Assembly (NCBI GenBank): GCA_964416765.1
Contig: CAYQEU010000001.1
Coordinates: forward strand, 340,480-404,479
DNA: 64,000 nucleotides
From: an uncultured Candidatus Saccharibacteria bacterium
GTDB lineage: Bacteria > Patescibacteriota > Doudnabacteria > UBA920
Direction: 5' to 3'
Shown piece after piece: positions 36,637-47,669 of this stretch (position 1 is its first letter; each line of letters opens with the position of its first letter). The notes beneath the pieces are model-generated. The model was not told the origin of the DNA. It saw only the letters and a program-made list of their open reading frames with translations, and did no database searches. Made by a program: the position numbers and the translations under genes.

Positions 36637-37719
36637 ATGAAAATTGTCCTGGCACAAGATTCCTTTACCCAAATTGGCGGGGCTGAACGCCTGCTGGCCG
36701 CGGTACACGAAATATACCCTTCCGCTCCAGTCTATACCACCGTTTTGGACAAAAGGCTCACAAATGAATTTAAAGGCTGGAACATTATTACCAGCAAACT
36801 GCAGGGGATATACAATAGGTATCCCCGTTTTCAGCATTTATTTCCTTTGGTGCCAGTTGTCTTGCGGTATTTGAAGGTAGAGCAGACAGACATGCTGTTT
36901 AGTTTTAGCTCTTCGTACATAAAGGGACTACGGAAGCCGGCTGGGGCGGTGCATATCAATTATTGTCATACGCCGACGCGGTTTATATGGACCGACGCCG
37001 ATTATGCCTTGGGTGAAGTGTATCCGTTGCTGCGCCCGCTGGCCCGTCTTTATTTTGTGTGGCTTCGTCGCTGGGATAAGCGCGTTGCCGCGCGAGTGGA
37101 TTATTTCATCGCCAACTCTCATGAAGTGCAAAAGCGGATCAAAAATATTTATGGCCGCGACAGTCAGGTCGTTTACCCTTTTGTAGATACCAATTTTTGG
37201 AAACCGACACGGGCTAAGCAGGGTTACTTCTTAATCGGCGGGCGGCTACAGCCGCATAAAAACAACGAAACAGTCATTAAGCTGTTTAATGAAAATGGGC
37301 TGCCACTTCACGTGTTCGGTACCGGCCGGCAAGAGCCATACCTACGCTCAATCGCAAAAAACAATATCACGTTCTTGGGACGAATTACTGATGAACAGTT
37401 ACGGGATGAATATAGCGGCGCTCAGGCATTGATTTACCCGCCTTACGAAGACTTTGGTTTGATGTCAGTTGAGGCTGCCGCTTGCGGAACTCCGACAATC
37501 GGCCTGGGGCAGGCGGGGATTTTGGAAACCGTAGTGCCGGGGAAAACTGGCGAACTGTTCCCTGAGGCCACTGCGGCAGAAATAGGTAAAATTATTTCCG
37601 GATGGAACGGTTCGCGTTATTCTCAGGGAGACTTGGTATCACACGCCCGATCCTTCAATAAAGAAAAGTTCCAGCAACAAATTAAAGATTTTGTGGAGGC
37701 CCATGAAAATAGCGATTGA
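36637..37719 (+). CDS. GT4-family glycosyltransferase
   Basis: C-terminal GT-B nucleotide-binding half with E..G..P.. signature (EDFGLMSVEAAACGTP). Confidence 0.8.
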   Translation: MKIVLAQDSFTQIGGAERLLAAVHEIYPSAPVYTTVLDKRLTNEFKGWNIITSKLQGIYNRYPRFQHLFPLVPVVLRYLKVEQTDMLFSFSSSYIKGLRKPAGAVHINYCHTPTRFIWTDADYALGEVYPLLRPLARLYFVWLRRWDKRVAARVDYFIANSHEVQKRIKNIYGRDSQVVYPFVDTNFWKPTRAKQGYFLIGGRLQPHKNNETVIKLFNENGLPLHVFGTGRQEPYLRSIAKNNITFLGRITDEQLRDEYSGAQALIYPPYEDFGLMSVEAAACGTPTIGLGQAGILETVVPGKTGELFPEATAAEIGKIISGWNGSRYSQGDLVSHARSFNKEKFQQQIKDFVEAHENSD

Positions 37720-38821
37720 TCTCCGCAGCCTGCAGCATGGCTCCATTAGCGGAGTGGAGAATTATATTTTGAATCTGCTGGAACACTTAATCCCGGCCGA
37801 TTCTTCCAATTCTTACACGCTGTTTTCCAACTCTTACCGCGCCCATGACATTGGCCATTTAAAGTTCATTAATACCACCACGGTATCCGGAAGGTTGCCG
37901 AACCGTTTATTGAACTTGTCGCTGAAGTTATTTAATTACCCCAAGTTTGAAAAGATGTTTGGTGATTTTGACTGCCTCTTTTTGCCGAATTTCAACCAGT
38001 TTGCCATCAACCCCCGGACCAAATTAGTGATCACCGTGCACGATATGTCGCCGATTGTAACTCCCGAATTCTATGACCTGCGCCGCCGCTTGTGGCACCG
38101 CTTCGTTAACATACGCAAGTCCCTGCACCGCGCTGACAGGATTTTAGCGGTATCGGGGTTTACTAAAAACGAGTTAATTAGATTATATGGATTGCCGGCG
38201 GATAAGATTTCGGTCACACATCTGGCAGTTAACCAGCGGTTGTTCCATCCTAATCTTGATGTTTATAAGCTTCGGGAAACAAGGAATGTTTACGGACTAC
38301 CCGGAAAGTTTTTCCTTTATCTCGGAACGTTGGAGCCCAGGAAAAACATCCCTTCCATAATCAAGGCCTTTGAAAGGCAGGATACTGACGCAGACTTGGT
38401 AATAGCCGGACGCCCTGGGTGGAAGTACGAACCCATATTTGACCTGATCAGCAAGAGCCCCAAGAGAAGGCAAATTAAATACATTGGATATATTGAAGAG
38501 GATTACAAGCCGTCTTTATTAAAATTAGCACACGCGCTCGTGTGGCCGAGTTTTTATGAGGGATTCGGTTTGCCCCCGCTCGAAGCCATGGCCGTTGGCA
38601 CTCCCGTGATTACCTCACAGGTTGCCTCTCTACCGGAAACAGTTGGTGATGCGGCCTTGATGATAAACCCTTATAATATAGAAGACCTGTCCCACGCCAT
38701 GGAAGCCATAGGCCAGGAAGAAACCAGGCAGCAGCTGATTGCCCGCGGTTTTGACCAGGTAAAGAAATATTCCTGGGATGCCACGGCCGCAAAAACATTA
38801 GAAGCATTCAAAAAACTTTAA
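37703..38821 (+). CDS. GT4-family glycosyltransferase
   Basis: [18 protein letters not shown] signature; GGAGG RBS before ATG 37703. Confidence 0.8.
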   Translation: MKIAIDLRSLQHGSISGVENYILNLLEHLIPADSSNSYTLFSNSYRAHDIGHLKFINTTTVSGRLPNRLLNLSLKLFNYPKFEKMFGDFDCLFLPNFNQFAINPRTKLVITVHDMSPIVTPEFYDLRRRLWHRFVNIRKSLHRADRILAVSGFTKNELIRLYGLPADKISVTHLAVNQRLFHPNLDVYKLRETRNVYGLPGKFFLYLGTLEPRKNIPSIIKAFERQDTDADLVIAGRPGWKYEPIFDLISKSPKRRQIKYIGYIEEDYKPSLLKLAHALVWPSFYEGFGLPPLEAMAVGTPVITSQVASLPETVGDAALMINPYNIEDLSHAMEAIGQEETRQQLIARGFDQVKKYSWDATAAKTLEAFKKL

Positions 38822-39975
38822 TGCGCATAGGATTTGATTTCAGAATGGGTGGCAGTGTGAATTCCGGAATTGGCCGGTATGTTTTTGAATTGCTTACCCA
38901 TATTTTGGAACAAGACCGTGTTAACCAGTACGTGATTTTCTTCCACCCGCAAAATAGCGCGCCCGCTGACATTGAAAAGCTAAAAAAGTTTACCAACACG
39001 GAACTAGTTCCGGCTCCTTATCGTCATTACTCGCTAAGTGAGCAGCTCTTCTTTCCTCGCCTGCTTAAGAAACATAATTTAGATCTTGTTCATTTCCCAA
39101 ATTTCAACGTACCGGTTTTTTACCGCAAACCTTTTGTAGTGACTATTCACGATATGGTCCATCACAAGATTAGCGGCCATAAGAAAAGCCACTTACTCCA
39201 CTTCTATGGATACAAATATGTCATAAACCGGGCGGCGCATAAGTCGCAAGCCATTATTACGGTCTCAGAAGCGGCGAAGAAAGACATAGTGGAACTTTTG
39301 GGAGTCCCTGAAGAAAAGGTGAAGGTGATTTATGAAGCGCCCTTCCTGCCGGTGGCGGCTGACCTGGACGCCGAATCCATAAAAAAACGTTACCTGATCA
39401 ACAAACCTTATTTTTTCTTTGTGGGCACGCTGGAAAGAAAAAAGAATATTATCGGCCTGGCAAAGGGTTTTCAGAAATTTTTGGATAAATATAAACTGGA
39501 TATGGATTTGGTTATAGCGGGCAAAGCCGATAAGCATTACCCGGAAATTAAGTTTGAAGCGCTGCAGCAAGTCAACCCAAAACATGTGGTGTTTACCGAT
39601 TTTGTAAGCGACGAGACTCTGGCCGGCTTGTACCGCGGGGCGTTTGCTTTTATTACCGCGTCCCTTCACGAAGGGTTTGGCCTGCCTGGAGTTGAGGCAA
39701 TGCAATTTGGCCTGCCTGTGCTGGCATCTGACACTGCCGTGTTAAATGAAGTATATGATAACGCGGCCATCTATTTTGACCCTTTAAACCCTGACGACAT
39801 AGCCGAAAAAATGAAACTTCTCGCCCAGGACGAACAGTTTTATCAGCGCATGCAGGAACGAAGCATTGAACGTTACCGTTTGTTTGACTGGGAAGAGACC
39901 GCCAAACACACCTTGTCTATTTACCGCGTAGCGGTGGGCAAGAAGAATTTTGAACCTGAGGAGGAACCTGTATGA
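38821..39975 (+). CDS. GT4-family glycosyltransferase
   Basis: EGFGLPGVEAMQFGLPVL signature; TAATG overlap with the upstream gene. Confidence 0.8.
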   Translation: MRIGFDFRMGGSVNSGIGRYVFELLTHILEQDRVNQYVIFFHPQNSAPADIEKLKKFTNTELVPAPYRHYSLSEQLFFPRLLKKHNLDLVHFPNFNVPVFYRKPFVVTIHDMVHHKISGHKKSHLLHFYGYKYVINRAAHKSQAIITVSEAAKKDIVELLGVPEEKVKVIYEAPFLPVAADLDAESIKKRYLINKPYFFFVGTLERKKNIIGLAKGFQKFLDKYKLDMDLVIAGKADKHYPEIKFEALQQVNPKHVVFTDFVSDETLAGLYRGAFAFITASLHEGFGLPGVEAMQFGLPVLASDTAVLNEVYDNAAIYFDPLNPDDIAEKMKLLAQDEQFYQRMQERSIERYRLFDWEETAKHTLSIYRVAVGKKNFEPEEEPV

Positions 39976-41069
39976 AGATTGCAATCGCCGGAGGCCAGAC
40001 AGGCGGACCAATAGTTCCTTTGCTTGCAATTGTGCAGGAACTCAAAGATATGGGAAAACGAACTTCCGTTTTGGTTTTTGATGTACCTAAGGGAGCCGGC
40101 CACCACCTCGCCCAAAAGAATAGTTTCCATTTTAAGCCACTACATACCGGAAAATTGCGCCGATATTGGTCTTGGCGTACCCTGCTTTCTCCTTTCGCTG
40201 TTGCCTGGGGAGTGATAGAAGCGCTCTATTATTTGGGCTCCTTTCGGCCTGATCTGGTATTGGGCGCCGGTGGTTTCGTCCAGGCTCCCGTAGTACTGGC
40301 AGCCTGGTTTTTGCACATCCCGGTGCTAATCCACCAACAAGATGTGCGCCCGTCCTTGTCTAACATCCTTTCCGCGCCAATTGCAAAGCGCATAACGACA
40401 ACTTTTGAGGAATCGATTCGGACGTTCTCCACGGGTACGGGATTCTTTAGGAGAAAAAAACATATCCAGAAAGTTTTATGGACGGGCAATCCGTTTCGGG
40501 AAAGTTTGCAAAACGGTAAAGTCACGGAGGCCCGGAAGCACTTTAAATTGGACGGCGACCTGCCAATTATTTTTATTACCGGGGGAGGAAGCGGTGCAAC
40601 TGCCCTTAACAGTTTGGTATACCAAGCTTTGCCCCAGCTAAAAAACACAGTGCAGGTCATTCACGGTACCGGACCAGGCAAAATGGTTCACAGAGAATCT
40701 GAAAATTATCATCCTTTCGAGTTTATTGACCGCATGGATCTGGCCTACGCCGCAGCCGACTTAGTTGTGAGCCGCGCTGGGATTTCGACCATTACGGAAT
40801 TGGCTAATCTGGGAAAAGTCAGTATAATAATCCCCATGCCCAAAACCCATCAGGAAGAAAACGCTATGCTGTTGTTCAGACATAAGGCGGCCATTATCCT
40901 TAAGCAGGAATCAACCACTGCCGACGAATTGTCGAACCTGGTTAGAAGGTTGTTGCTAGACGGCGACAGCCAAAAGTTTCTTAAGCAAAACATTTCTGGT
41001 TTAATGCCAAAACAATCGGCAAAAAAGATCGCTAAAATCGCCCTTGAAATTACCGGACATGACCACTAA
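39972..41069 (+). CDS. murG: UDP-GlcNAc:lipid I N-acetylglucosaminyltransferase MurG (GT28)
   Basis: N-terminal GGQTGGPIVP glycine-rich loop, C-terminal ISTITELANLG.V.IIIP; located upstream of murC and murB. Confidence 0.8.
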   Translation: MKIAIAGGQTGGPIVPLLAIVQELKDMGKRTSVLVFDVPKGAGHHLAQKNSFHFKPLHTGKLRRYWSWRTLLSPFAVAWGVIEALYYLGSFRPDLVLGAGGFVQAPVVLAAWFLHIPVLIHQQDVRPSLSNILSAPIAKRITTTFEESIRTFSTGTGFFRRKKHIQKVLWTGNPFRESLQNGKVTEARKHFKLDGDLPIIFITGGGSGATALNSLVYQALPQLKNTVQVIHGTGPGKMVHRESENYHPFEFIDRMDLAYAAADLVVSRAGISTITELANLGKVSIIIPMPKTHQEENAMLLFRHKAAIILKQESTTADELSNLVRRLLLDGDSQKFLKQNISGLMPKQSAKKIAKIALEITGHDH

Positions 41070-42051
41070 ATACCGTCCAAAAGTTGGTTTGGCTTTGGCG
41101 GGCGCCTCCTCGCGCTCGGTCTTTTATATTGGCTTTCTTGAAGTCCTCAAGGAAGAAGGCTTTGACATCGATTATATTTCAACCTTGTCCGGCGGCTCTA
41201 TTATTGCCGCCGCGTATTCCTGCGGCACTTTGCCGGAACTGAAAAAGAGGGCGCTCAAGATAGACAAGGAACTGGTTTTTAGCATAATCGAAAAAAGCAA
41301 AGGCAAAAGCGGATTGTACCAGCTCGACAAGGTGGAAGAAATCATGCAAACCTACACGAAAAATTTGCGTTTTGAGGACGTACACCCTCGCTTGGGAATC
41401 GTCGCCACTGACATTACCGCGGGCGAAGCGGTAGTTTTGGAAATCGGGGACCTGGCCCGGGCCATCTGCGCCTCTTGCGCGCTTCCGTTTATTTTTGAAC
41501 CCATTCCCTGGGGGAATCGCTTATTAGTTGATGGGGGAGTCGCCGGTGTAGTTCCGGGGTCGGCCGCGCGTAAAGCCGGGATGGATATAGTTATCGGCGT
41601 TGACCTGAGCGCCAAGACCTACGTGTTTAGCTGGTGGCAGGTGTTAGCTGGTCGCCTGGTGAAATCGTTGAAGAAAATTTTTCTTGTCGACCACGCCTCG
41701 CTTCTTTGGGATAGGATTTCGGCTTACGCCAGCAGTCTTGACTCTTACGACACATATTCTTCTTTGATTAATGAGGCCACGGTAAAACGGCCGGGGATGT
41801 TTTCGGTGCTTGGCCGCTCCGTCGACATTGCCCTGGCTGCCCAAAAAATTGAGGACCCCCGCAAAACGGATTATAATTGTGACTTGTTAATTGCGCCGCC
41901 TTTAAAGATCCCATGGTGGAAGCGGCACCTGTTCTTTTTGTTTACTGACTTTTCCAATATTGAAGAAATGTATGAGCTTGGCCGGGAAACGGCACGGGAA
42001 TATTTACCCAAGATGAGACAATTAATTGATGACTTCAATGAACCTAGATAA
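41059..42051 (+). CDS. Patatin-like phospholipase
   Basis: Oxyanion-hole-type GLALAGASSRS, nucleophile GGS (LSGGS) and catalytic DGG (VDGGVAG) motifs. Confidence 0.75.
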   Translation: MTTKYRPKVGLALAGASSRSVFYIGFLEVLKEEGFDIDYISTLSGGSIIAAAYSCGTLPELKKRALKIDKELVFSIIEKSKGKSGLYQLDKVEEIMQTYTKNLRFEDVHPRLGIVATDITAGEAVVLEIGDLARAICASCALPFIFEPIPWGNRLLVDGGVAGVVPGSAARKAGMDIVIGVDLSAKTYVFSWWQVLAGRLVKSLKKIFLVDHASLLWDRISAYASSLDSYDTYSSLINEATVKRPGMFSVLGRSVDIALAAQKIEDPRKTDYNCDLLIAPPLKIPWWKRHLFFLFTDFSNIEEMYELGRETAREYLPKMRQLIDDFNEPR

Positions 42052-43441
42052 AGTACACAGTATTTATTTTGTGGGAATCGGCGGCATTGCGATGTCAGCG
42101 GCCGCGGGTCTTGCCCGTGACCTGCAGTTTGAAGTTTCGGGCAGCGACAGCAACGCCATCTACGCCCCTGCCAAGGATGTGTTGGACAAATTTGAAATTC
42201 CTTACACGGTCGGTTACAACAAAAATAATATTGAGGACGCGAAAGCGGACCTTTATATCGTGTCAGCCGGTGAAGGTCCAGAAAATCCCGAAGTGTCTTA
42301 TCTAGAGGAACAGGAAATACCATACTATTCCTTTAGCGAACTCCTGGGAGAGTTGGCCCAGGATAAATTGCGCATTGTGGTGGCAGGGACGAATGGGAAA
42401 TCAACCACGGCGGGATTGCTTGGGCATGTAATGTCCGATTTGGATGACAGCTCTTTTATGACAGGCGCGGTGCTGCAACAATACGGTAGCAATTTCCATT
42501 CCGGCAGCGGCCATTACTTCGTGTTTGAAGGGGATGAATATAAGGCCTTGGCGTCCGACCCAACGCCCAAATTCCATTTTTACCGCCCCGACATTCTGGT
42601 ACTGACCAATCTCGAATATGACCATCCGGACATGTACCACTCTTTGGACGAAATTCGTGATGAATTTCGGCTCCTGATAGCCAACCTCCCCGAAGACGGA
42701 CTGATCATATACAACGCCGATGACCCAAATCTGGCGCCGCTAGTCCACGAGAGTAACGTGGCTTCGTTTAGTTACGGGATTGCTAACAGCGCTGATTATG
42801 CCGTAAGCGACATTGTATTTAATCAAAAAACCACCTCATTCAATGTAAACAATGCCCGATGGGAAAAGCCCGAACAGTATGAAATTGCCCTGGCTGGCCA
42901 ACTGAATATCTACAACGCCCTAGGGCCTATCGCTTTACTCCGGTCATTGGGTTTTTCCCGCGATCAGATACATCCGGTAATTCAGACTTACTGGGGCGTG
43001 AAAAGGCGTTTTGAATTTGTAGGCAACCGTGGCGGAGTGGATGTGTACGATGATTACGCCCACTTTCCCACTGCCGTTGCGGAAACCCTGGCGGCCGCTA
43101 AAACCCGATACCCAAACGGACGCATCATTGCCGTGTTTGAACCGCACACATACAGCCGTACGGAAATGACCTTGCCTGATTTGGCCAAAAGTTTTTCCGC
43201 GGCTGATAAGGTTTACATCGCCGAAATTTATCCCGCCAGGGAGGTCAAGAATGACGCCAGTATTACCGCGGAGCAAGTGGTAAAAGAAATTAAAGATAAT
43301 CAGCCTAATGTAGAAGTGGTCGCTGACAAAACCGAAGCGCTGGCGAAACTTAAAAATGAACTTAAGCCGGGCGACGCTGTAATAATTATGGCGGTTGGCA
43401 GTTTTAATACCTTAGCTTACGATCTAATGGAACAACTCTAA
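42038..43441 (+). CDS. murC: UDP-N-acetylmuramate--L-alanine ligase
   Basis: IYFVGIGGIAMS N-terminal Rossmann motif and GTNGKSTT P-loop. Confidence 0.9.
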   Translation: MNLDKVHSIYFVGIGGIAMSAAAGLARDLQFEVSGSDSNAIYAPAKDVLDKFEIPYTVGYNKNNIEDAKADLYIVSAGEGPENPEVSYLEEQEIPYYSFSELLGELAQDKLRIVVAGTNGKSTTAGLLGHVMSDLDDSSFMTGAVLQQYGSNFHSGSGHYFVFEGDEYKALASDPTPKFHFYRPDILVLTNLEYDHPDMYHSLDEIRDEFRLLIANLPEDGLIIYNADDPNLAPLVHESNVASFSYGIANSADYAVSDIVFNQKTTSFNVNNARWEKPEQYEIALAGQLNIYNALGPIALLRSLGFSRDQIHPVIQTYWGVKRRFEFVGNRGGVDVYDDYAHFPTAVAETLAAAKTRYPNGRIIAVFEPHTYSRTEMTLPDLAKSFSAADKVYIAEIYPAREVKNDASITAEQVVKEIKDNQPNVEVVADKTEALAKLKNELKPGDAVIIMAVGSFNTLAYDLMEQL

Positions 43442-44544
43442 TGGAATTTATTGAGAACTACCCCTTACAGCCACTAACTTCATTCAAAATTGGCGGACCC
43501 GCCAAGTTCTTTTGCGCGCCCGTTACACCTGAAGAAATCACGGAAGCGCTTGCTTTTGCAATAGAGAAACACGTGAGCACTTTCGTTTTGGGCGGTGGCA
43601 GTAACGTGGTAATTAGTGATGACGGACTAGATGCGCTCGTAATTAACCCGGTTAAGCGAGGGAGAAGAGTTGAGAAAGAAACCAACGAAGAAGTGCTGAT
43701 TGAAGTTTGCGCTGGGGAAAACTGGGATGAGTTCGTACAGTACGCTATCGAAAACAACTGGTGGGGGATTGAAAACCTTTCCTATGTTCCCGGTAGCGCC
43801 GGTGCTTTCGCGGTTCAAAACGTGGGCGCTTATGGACAAGAGGCGAGCGATGTCGTGGTTTCAGTGGAGGCGTATGAAGTAAAGTCCGGTAAGGTGGTCA
43901 ATCTCAGCAATGAAGAATGCGGATTCTACTATCGCCACAGCATTTTTAACACAACCCAAAAAGGTGAGTACATAATTTTAAGCACCACTTTGCGGTTGAG
44001 TAAGGACGGCAGACCAAATCTGTCCTACCCTGACCTGGTCAAAAAGTTTGGCAACTCTACTCCAACTTTATCGGAGATTCGTGAAGCGATAATTGAGATT
44101 AGGAACAGGAAATACCCGTTTCCGAGAACCGCGATAGGGGGTAGTGTCGGTTCATTTTTCCAAAACCCAATCCTGGATGATGAGCAAGTCAGCAAACTTC
44201 GCGGACAAATCCAGGAAGAATTTGGTCCAGATGTCTCCGAAAAGTTTGCCGAGCTGGAAGAGAAATTCAGCTCCAAAAAAATTGGGCTTAAGGCCAGCGC
44301 CTTCTTAATAGATATCTGCGGCCTTAAGGGTTTGGAAGTCGGGGGCGTTAAGGTAAATGAAAATCAACCACTGGTGCTGTTGAACAAAGGGAATGCAACC
44401 TCGCGCGACGTGCTGGAAATAGCCCACAAAGTACGCTCGGTGGTTTACGCAAAAACAGGTGTGGTTATACCCATCGAACCGGAATTAGTTGGCTTTTCTA
44501 AGGCAGATTTTGATCAGTTTCTAACTATGCCGACACATCATTAA
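43441..44544 (+). CDS. murB: UDP-N-acetylenolpyruvoylglucosamine reductase with extended C-terminus
   Basis: FAD-binding N-terminal domain (LTSFKIGGPA, GGGSN); TAATG overlap with murC. Confidence 0.85.
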   Translation: MEFIENYPLQPLTSFKIGGPAKFFCAPVTPEEITEALAFAIEKHVSTFVLGGGSNVVISDDGLDALVINPVKRGRRVEKETNEEVLIEVCAGENWDEFVQYAIENNWWGIENLSYVPGSAGAFAVQNVGAYGQEASDVVVSVEAYEVKSGKVVNLSNEECGFYYRHSIFNTTQKGEYIILSTTLRLSKDGRPNLSYPDLVKKFGNSTPTLSEIREAIIEIRNRKYPFPRTAIGGSVGSFFQNPILDDEQVSKLRGQIQEEFGPDVSEKFAELEEKFSSKKIGLKASAFLIDICGLKGLEVGGVKVNENQPLVLLNKGNATSRDVLEIAHKVRSVVYAKTGVVIPIEPELVGFSKADFDQFLTMPTHH

Positions 44545-44579
44545 ATGTTATAATTAACTACCTAACACAAAATAAATAT

Positions 44580-44915
44580 ATGAATATCAATATCAAAGCC
44601 ACTAACACAACCCTTACCCCATCAATCAGGCAGAGCATTGAAGATAAACTGGCTAACCTAGAAGGATTTATGCGACCTGAGGATATTATCCAAGTAGAAC
44701 TGGAAGAAATTACCAGGCACAAAAATGGTATGACCAGCAGGGTTGAAGTCCATATTCGCCCTCATGGCCAGTATGCCGAAGGCTTTGGCAACGATTTCCA
44801 TGAAGCATTAGATTTAGTAATACCGAAAATTAGAGAACAACTCTCGCGCAATAAAGACAAACGTGTCAGTTTGCGCCGCCGCCTGGGCTCTATTTTCAAG
44901 AGAAACCGAAGTTAA
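44580..44915 (+). CDS. hpf: Ribosome hibernation promoting factor (short form, RaiA/YfiA-like)
   Basis: MNINIKATN..LTPSIRQSIEDKL start typical of the S30AE family; classical hpf-secA arrangement. Confidence 0.85.
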   Translation: MNINIKATNTTLTPSIRQSIEDKLANLEGFMRPEDIIQVELEEITRHKNGMTSRVEVHIRPHGQYAEGFGNDFHEALDLVIPKIREQLSRNKDKRVSLRRRLGSIFKRNRS

Positions 44916-44918
44916 CAC

Positions 44919-47669
44919 ATGTCTTTTTTATCCCGAATATTCAATTTTAGCAACAACCCGTTAGATACTTACGCCAGTGAGTTAGCACAGATAAACAGCT
45001 TTCGCGACGAAGTGGCGGCCCTGACCCAGGACCAGATCCAGGAAGAGATGAAGAACTACCGTTCTGAGCTGGGCGAAATGGATGAAGCGGCTATATTAAA
45101 AAAACTTGGGGAAATTCGTCCCCGGGTTTTTGCTCTTACCAGAGAAGCGGCCAAGCGAAGCATCGGGCAATTCCACTATGACGTCCAAATCGTGGGCGGC
45201 ATTGTTTTATCTGAAGGCAAAATTGCTGAAATGAGGACAGGTGAGGGTAAAACCCTTACCGCCACTTTGCCTTTAAGTCTATACGCGCTGGCCGGCAAGG
45301 GCTCTCATCTAGTCACGGTTAACGACTATCTGGCCAGATGGAACGCCAGCTCCATGGCGCCCATTTACCACTACCTCGGTTTGTCCGTCGCCAGCATTCA
45401 GCACGAGGCATCCTTTTTGTATGACCCTACTTACCAGCCTGAGCAGGAAGAAATTTCGGAAATTGAAAGCGGCACGCAAGGGTTGGTTTTAGATGTTAAA
45501 CATATGCGCCCGGTCGCCCGGCGCGAGGCGTATGCTGCCGACATAACCTACGGCACCAACAATGAATATGGGTTTGACTACCTGCGCGATAACATGGCCC
45601 AAACCGCGGCCCAGCTGGTGCAACGCGACCTTTTTTATTCAATCGTGGACGAAGTAGACAGTATCTTGATTGATGAAGCCCGCACGCCGTTGATTATCAG
45701 CCAGCCTGACACGGACCCTACCGAAAAGTACAACCAGTTCGCGCGCATAGTGGACCGTCTTCAGGAAGGCGAGGAGAACAAGGATACCGGCGAAAGCACG
45801 GGCGATTATGTTGTTGATGAAAAACATAAATCCGCCAACCTTACCGATGAAGGCATTAACAAGATAGAAAAGATCCTGAACATCGGGAACATTTATGACA
45901 CAACGAATGGTGTAACCACTCTCCACCACATTGTCCAAGCGCTCCGGGCCAAGACTTTGTATAAGAAAGACCGTGATTATGTGATTCGTGATGGTGAAGT
46001 TATTATTGTCGATGAGTTTACCGGGCGTTTAATGTTCGGCCGCCGCTACTCTGAAGGGCTGCACCAGGCCATTGAAGCGAAAGAAGGGGTAAAAATCCAG
46101 CAAGAAAGCAAAACTCTTGCCACTATTACTTTCCAAAACCTATTTCGGTTGTACAGCAAGCTATCGGGCATGACCGGTACAGCCAAAACTGAAGAGGAAG
46201 AATTCTTCAAGATTTACCGGCTGCACGTTGTTACTATCCCGACTAACATGCCCATGGTTCGTGAAGATAAGTCGGACATGATTTATAAAACCGAGAAAGC
46301 CAAGTTTGAAGCAATCGCCCAGGAGGTAAAACTCCGGCACGCTGAAGGGCAGCCAATCCTAATTGGTACTGTTAGCATTGCCAAAAACGAAATGCTTGCT
46401 GAAGTATTGAAGAGAACCGGCGTAAACTTCGAGGTTTTGAACGCGAAGAACCATGAACGCGAAGCGCATATTATTTCCCAAGCCGGCCGTTTTGGCGCCG
46501 TCACGGTAGCTACTAATATTGCCGGCCGTGGTGTAGACATCTTGCTGGGCGGAAACCCGGTCGACAAAGATGAGGCCGAATCCGTGAAGAAAGCCGGCGG
46601 GCTGTACGTTATCGGAACAGAGCGTCATGAATCACGCCGCATAGACAACCAGTTGCGCGGACGTTCCGGCCGACAAGGCGACCCTGGCATGTCCCAATTC
46701 TATGTATCCATGGAAGATGATTTGATGAGACTGTTTGGTGGAGAACGCATGAAGAACATGATGGGCCGGTTGGGAATTCCCGATGACCAGCCAATTGAAG
46801 CAGGGCTGGTATCCCGGTCTATTGAGCAGGCCCAAAAGAAAATTGAAGGTTTAAACTTCGACACAAGAAAACACGTGCTGGAGTTTGACGATGTCCTTAA
46901 CCACCAACGCACTGTTATTTACAAACAGCGCCGCCGCTATTTGACCATGGAATTGAACGAGGAAGCGGCTGCCGGTTTGAAGGCGGAAATACTTGAATTG
47001 ATCGCAAAAGAGATCGAAGAGATTGTCATAAATGCCACGGAGGTTAACGAAGAGCCAGAAGCGGCATTAAAACAAATCATTGAAAACGCGGGTACGGTTG
47101 TACCGCTACCAGGAAATATCGCAGAAACCTTGCGCGACGCAGGCAGTAACGCGGCCAATCGGGAGTTTGCCATCACTGATGAGTTGGTAAAAATCGCAAC
47201 CGCAGAACTGGAAAAGAAAGAGCAGGAAATTACCGCTCCCGTTTATAGTCAGATTCAAAGGGCCATAATTTTGCAGTCAATTGATACTTTGTGGATGGAA
47301 CACCTCGATACTATGGATCACCTGCGTGATTCGGTAAGACTCCGTGGATATGGACAGCGTGACCCGCTAGTTGAATATAAACGAGAGGGGCATATTATGT
47401 TCCAGCGCCTGCAGGCAGAAATTAACCGTCAAATTGCATACGCTATTTTGAAGGTTACCATTCAGGCCCAGCCGCCTCAGCAGACCACGCTAAGTAACGT
47501 GACCTTAAGCGCCGGAGGGCAGGAAACGTCATCTAATTCGACCGCCCCTGATTCCAACACAAATAATGTCGGACGGAATGACCCTTGCCCTTGCGGCAGC
47601 GGAAAAAAATTCAAGAAGTGCGGTTTGTTAAACACCCCCGAGCACCAAAAGTTACTCGCCCAAAAGTAA
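44919..47669 (+). CDS. secA: Preprotein translocase ATPase SecA
   Basis: DEAD-like motor motifs, preprotein cross-linking domain, C-terminal zinc finger CPCGSGKKFKKC. Confidence 0.95.
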   Translation: MSFLSRIFNFSNNPLDTYASELAQINSFRDEVAALTQDQIQEEMKNYRSELGEMDEAAILKKLGEIRPRVFALTREAAKRSIGQFHYDVQIVGGIVLSEGKIAEMRTGEGKTLTATLPLSLYALAGKGSHLVTVNDYLARWNASSMAPIYHYLGLSVASIQHEASFLYDPTYQPEQEEISEIESGTQGLVLDVKHMRPVARREAYAADITYGTNNEYGFDYLRDNMAQTAAQLVQRDLFYSIVDEVDSILIDEARTPLIISQPDTDPTEKYNQFARIVDRLQEGEENKDTGESTGDYVVDEKHKSANLTDEGINKIEKILNIGNIYDTTNGVTTLHHIVQALRAKTLYKKDRDYVIRDGEVIIVDEFTGRLMFGRRYSEGLHQAIEAKEGVKIQQESKTLATITFQNLFRLYSKLSGMTGTAKTEEEEFFKIYRLHVVTIPTNMPMVREDKSDMIYKTEKAKFEAIAQEVKLRHAEGQPILIGTVSIAKNEMLAEVLKRTGVNFEVLNAKNHEREAHIISQAGRFGAVTVATNIAGRGVDILLGGNPVDKDEAESVKKAGGLYVIGTERHESRRIDNQLRGRSGRQGDPGMSQFYVSMEDDLMRLFGGERMKNMMGRLGIPDDQPIEAGLVSRSIEQAQKKIEGLNFDTRKHVLEFDDVLNHQRTVIYKQRRRYLTMELNEEAAAGLKAEILELIAKEIEEIVINATEVNEEPEAALKQIIENAGTVVPLPGNIAETLRDAGSNAANREFAITDELVKIATAELEKKEQEITAPVYSQIQRAIILQSIDTLWMEHLDTMDHLRDSVRLRGYGQRDPLVEYKREGHIMFQRLQAEINRQIAYAILKVTIQAQPPQQTTLSNVTLSAGGQETSSNSTAPDSNTNNVGRNDPCPCGSGKKFKKCGLLNTPEHQKLLAQK

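Noticed and set aside
46283-47176. Cluster of short minus-strand ORFs inside secA
   Set aside because: Antisense to secA; none longer than 94 aa and none with start-site signals
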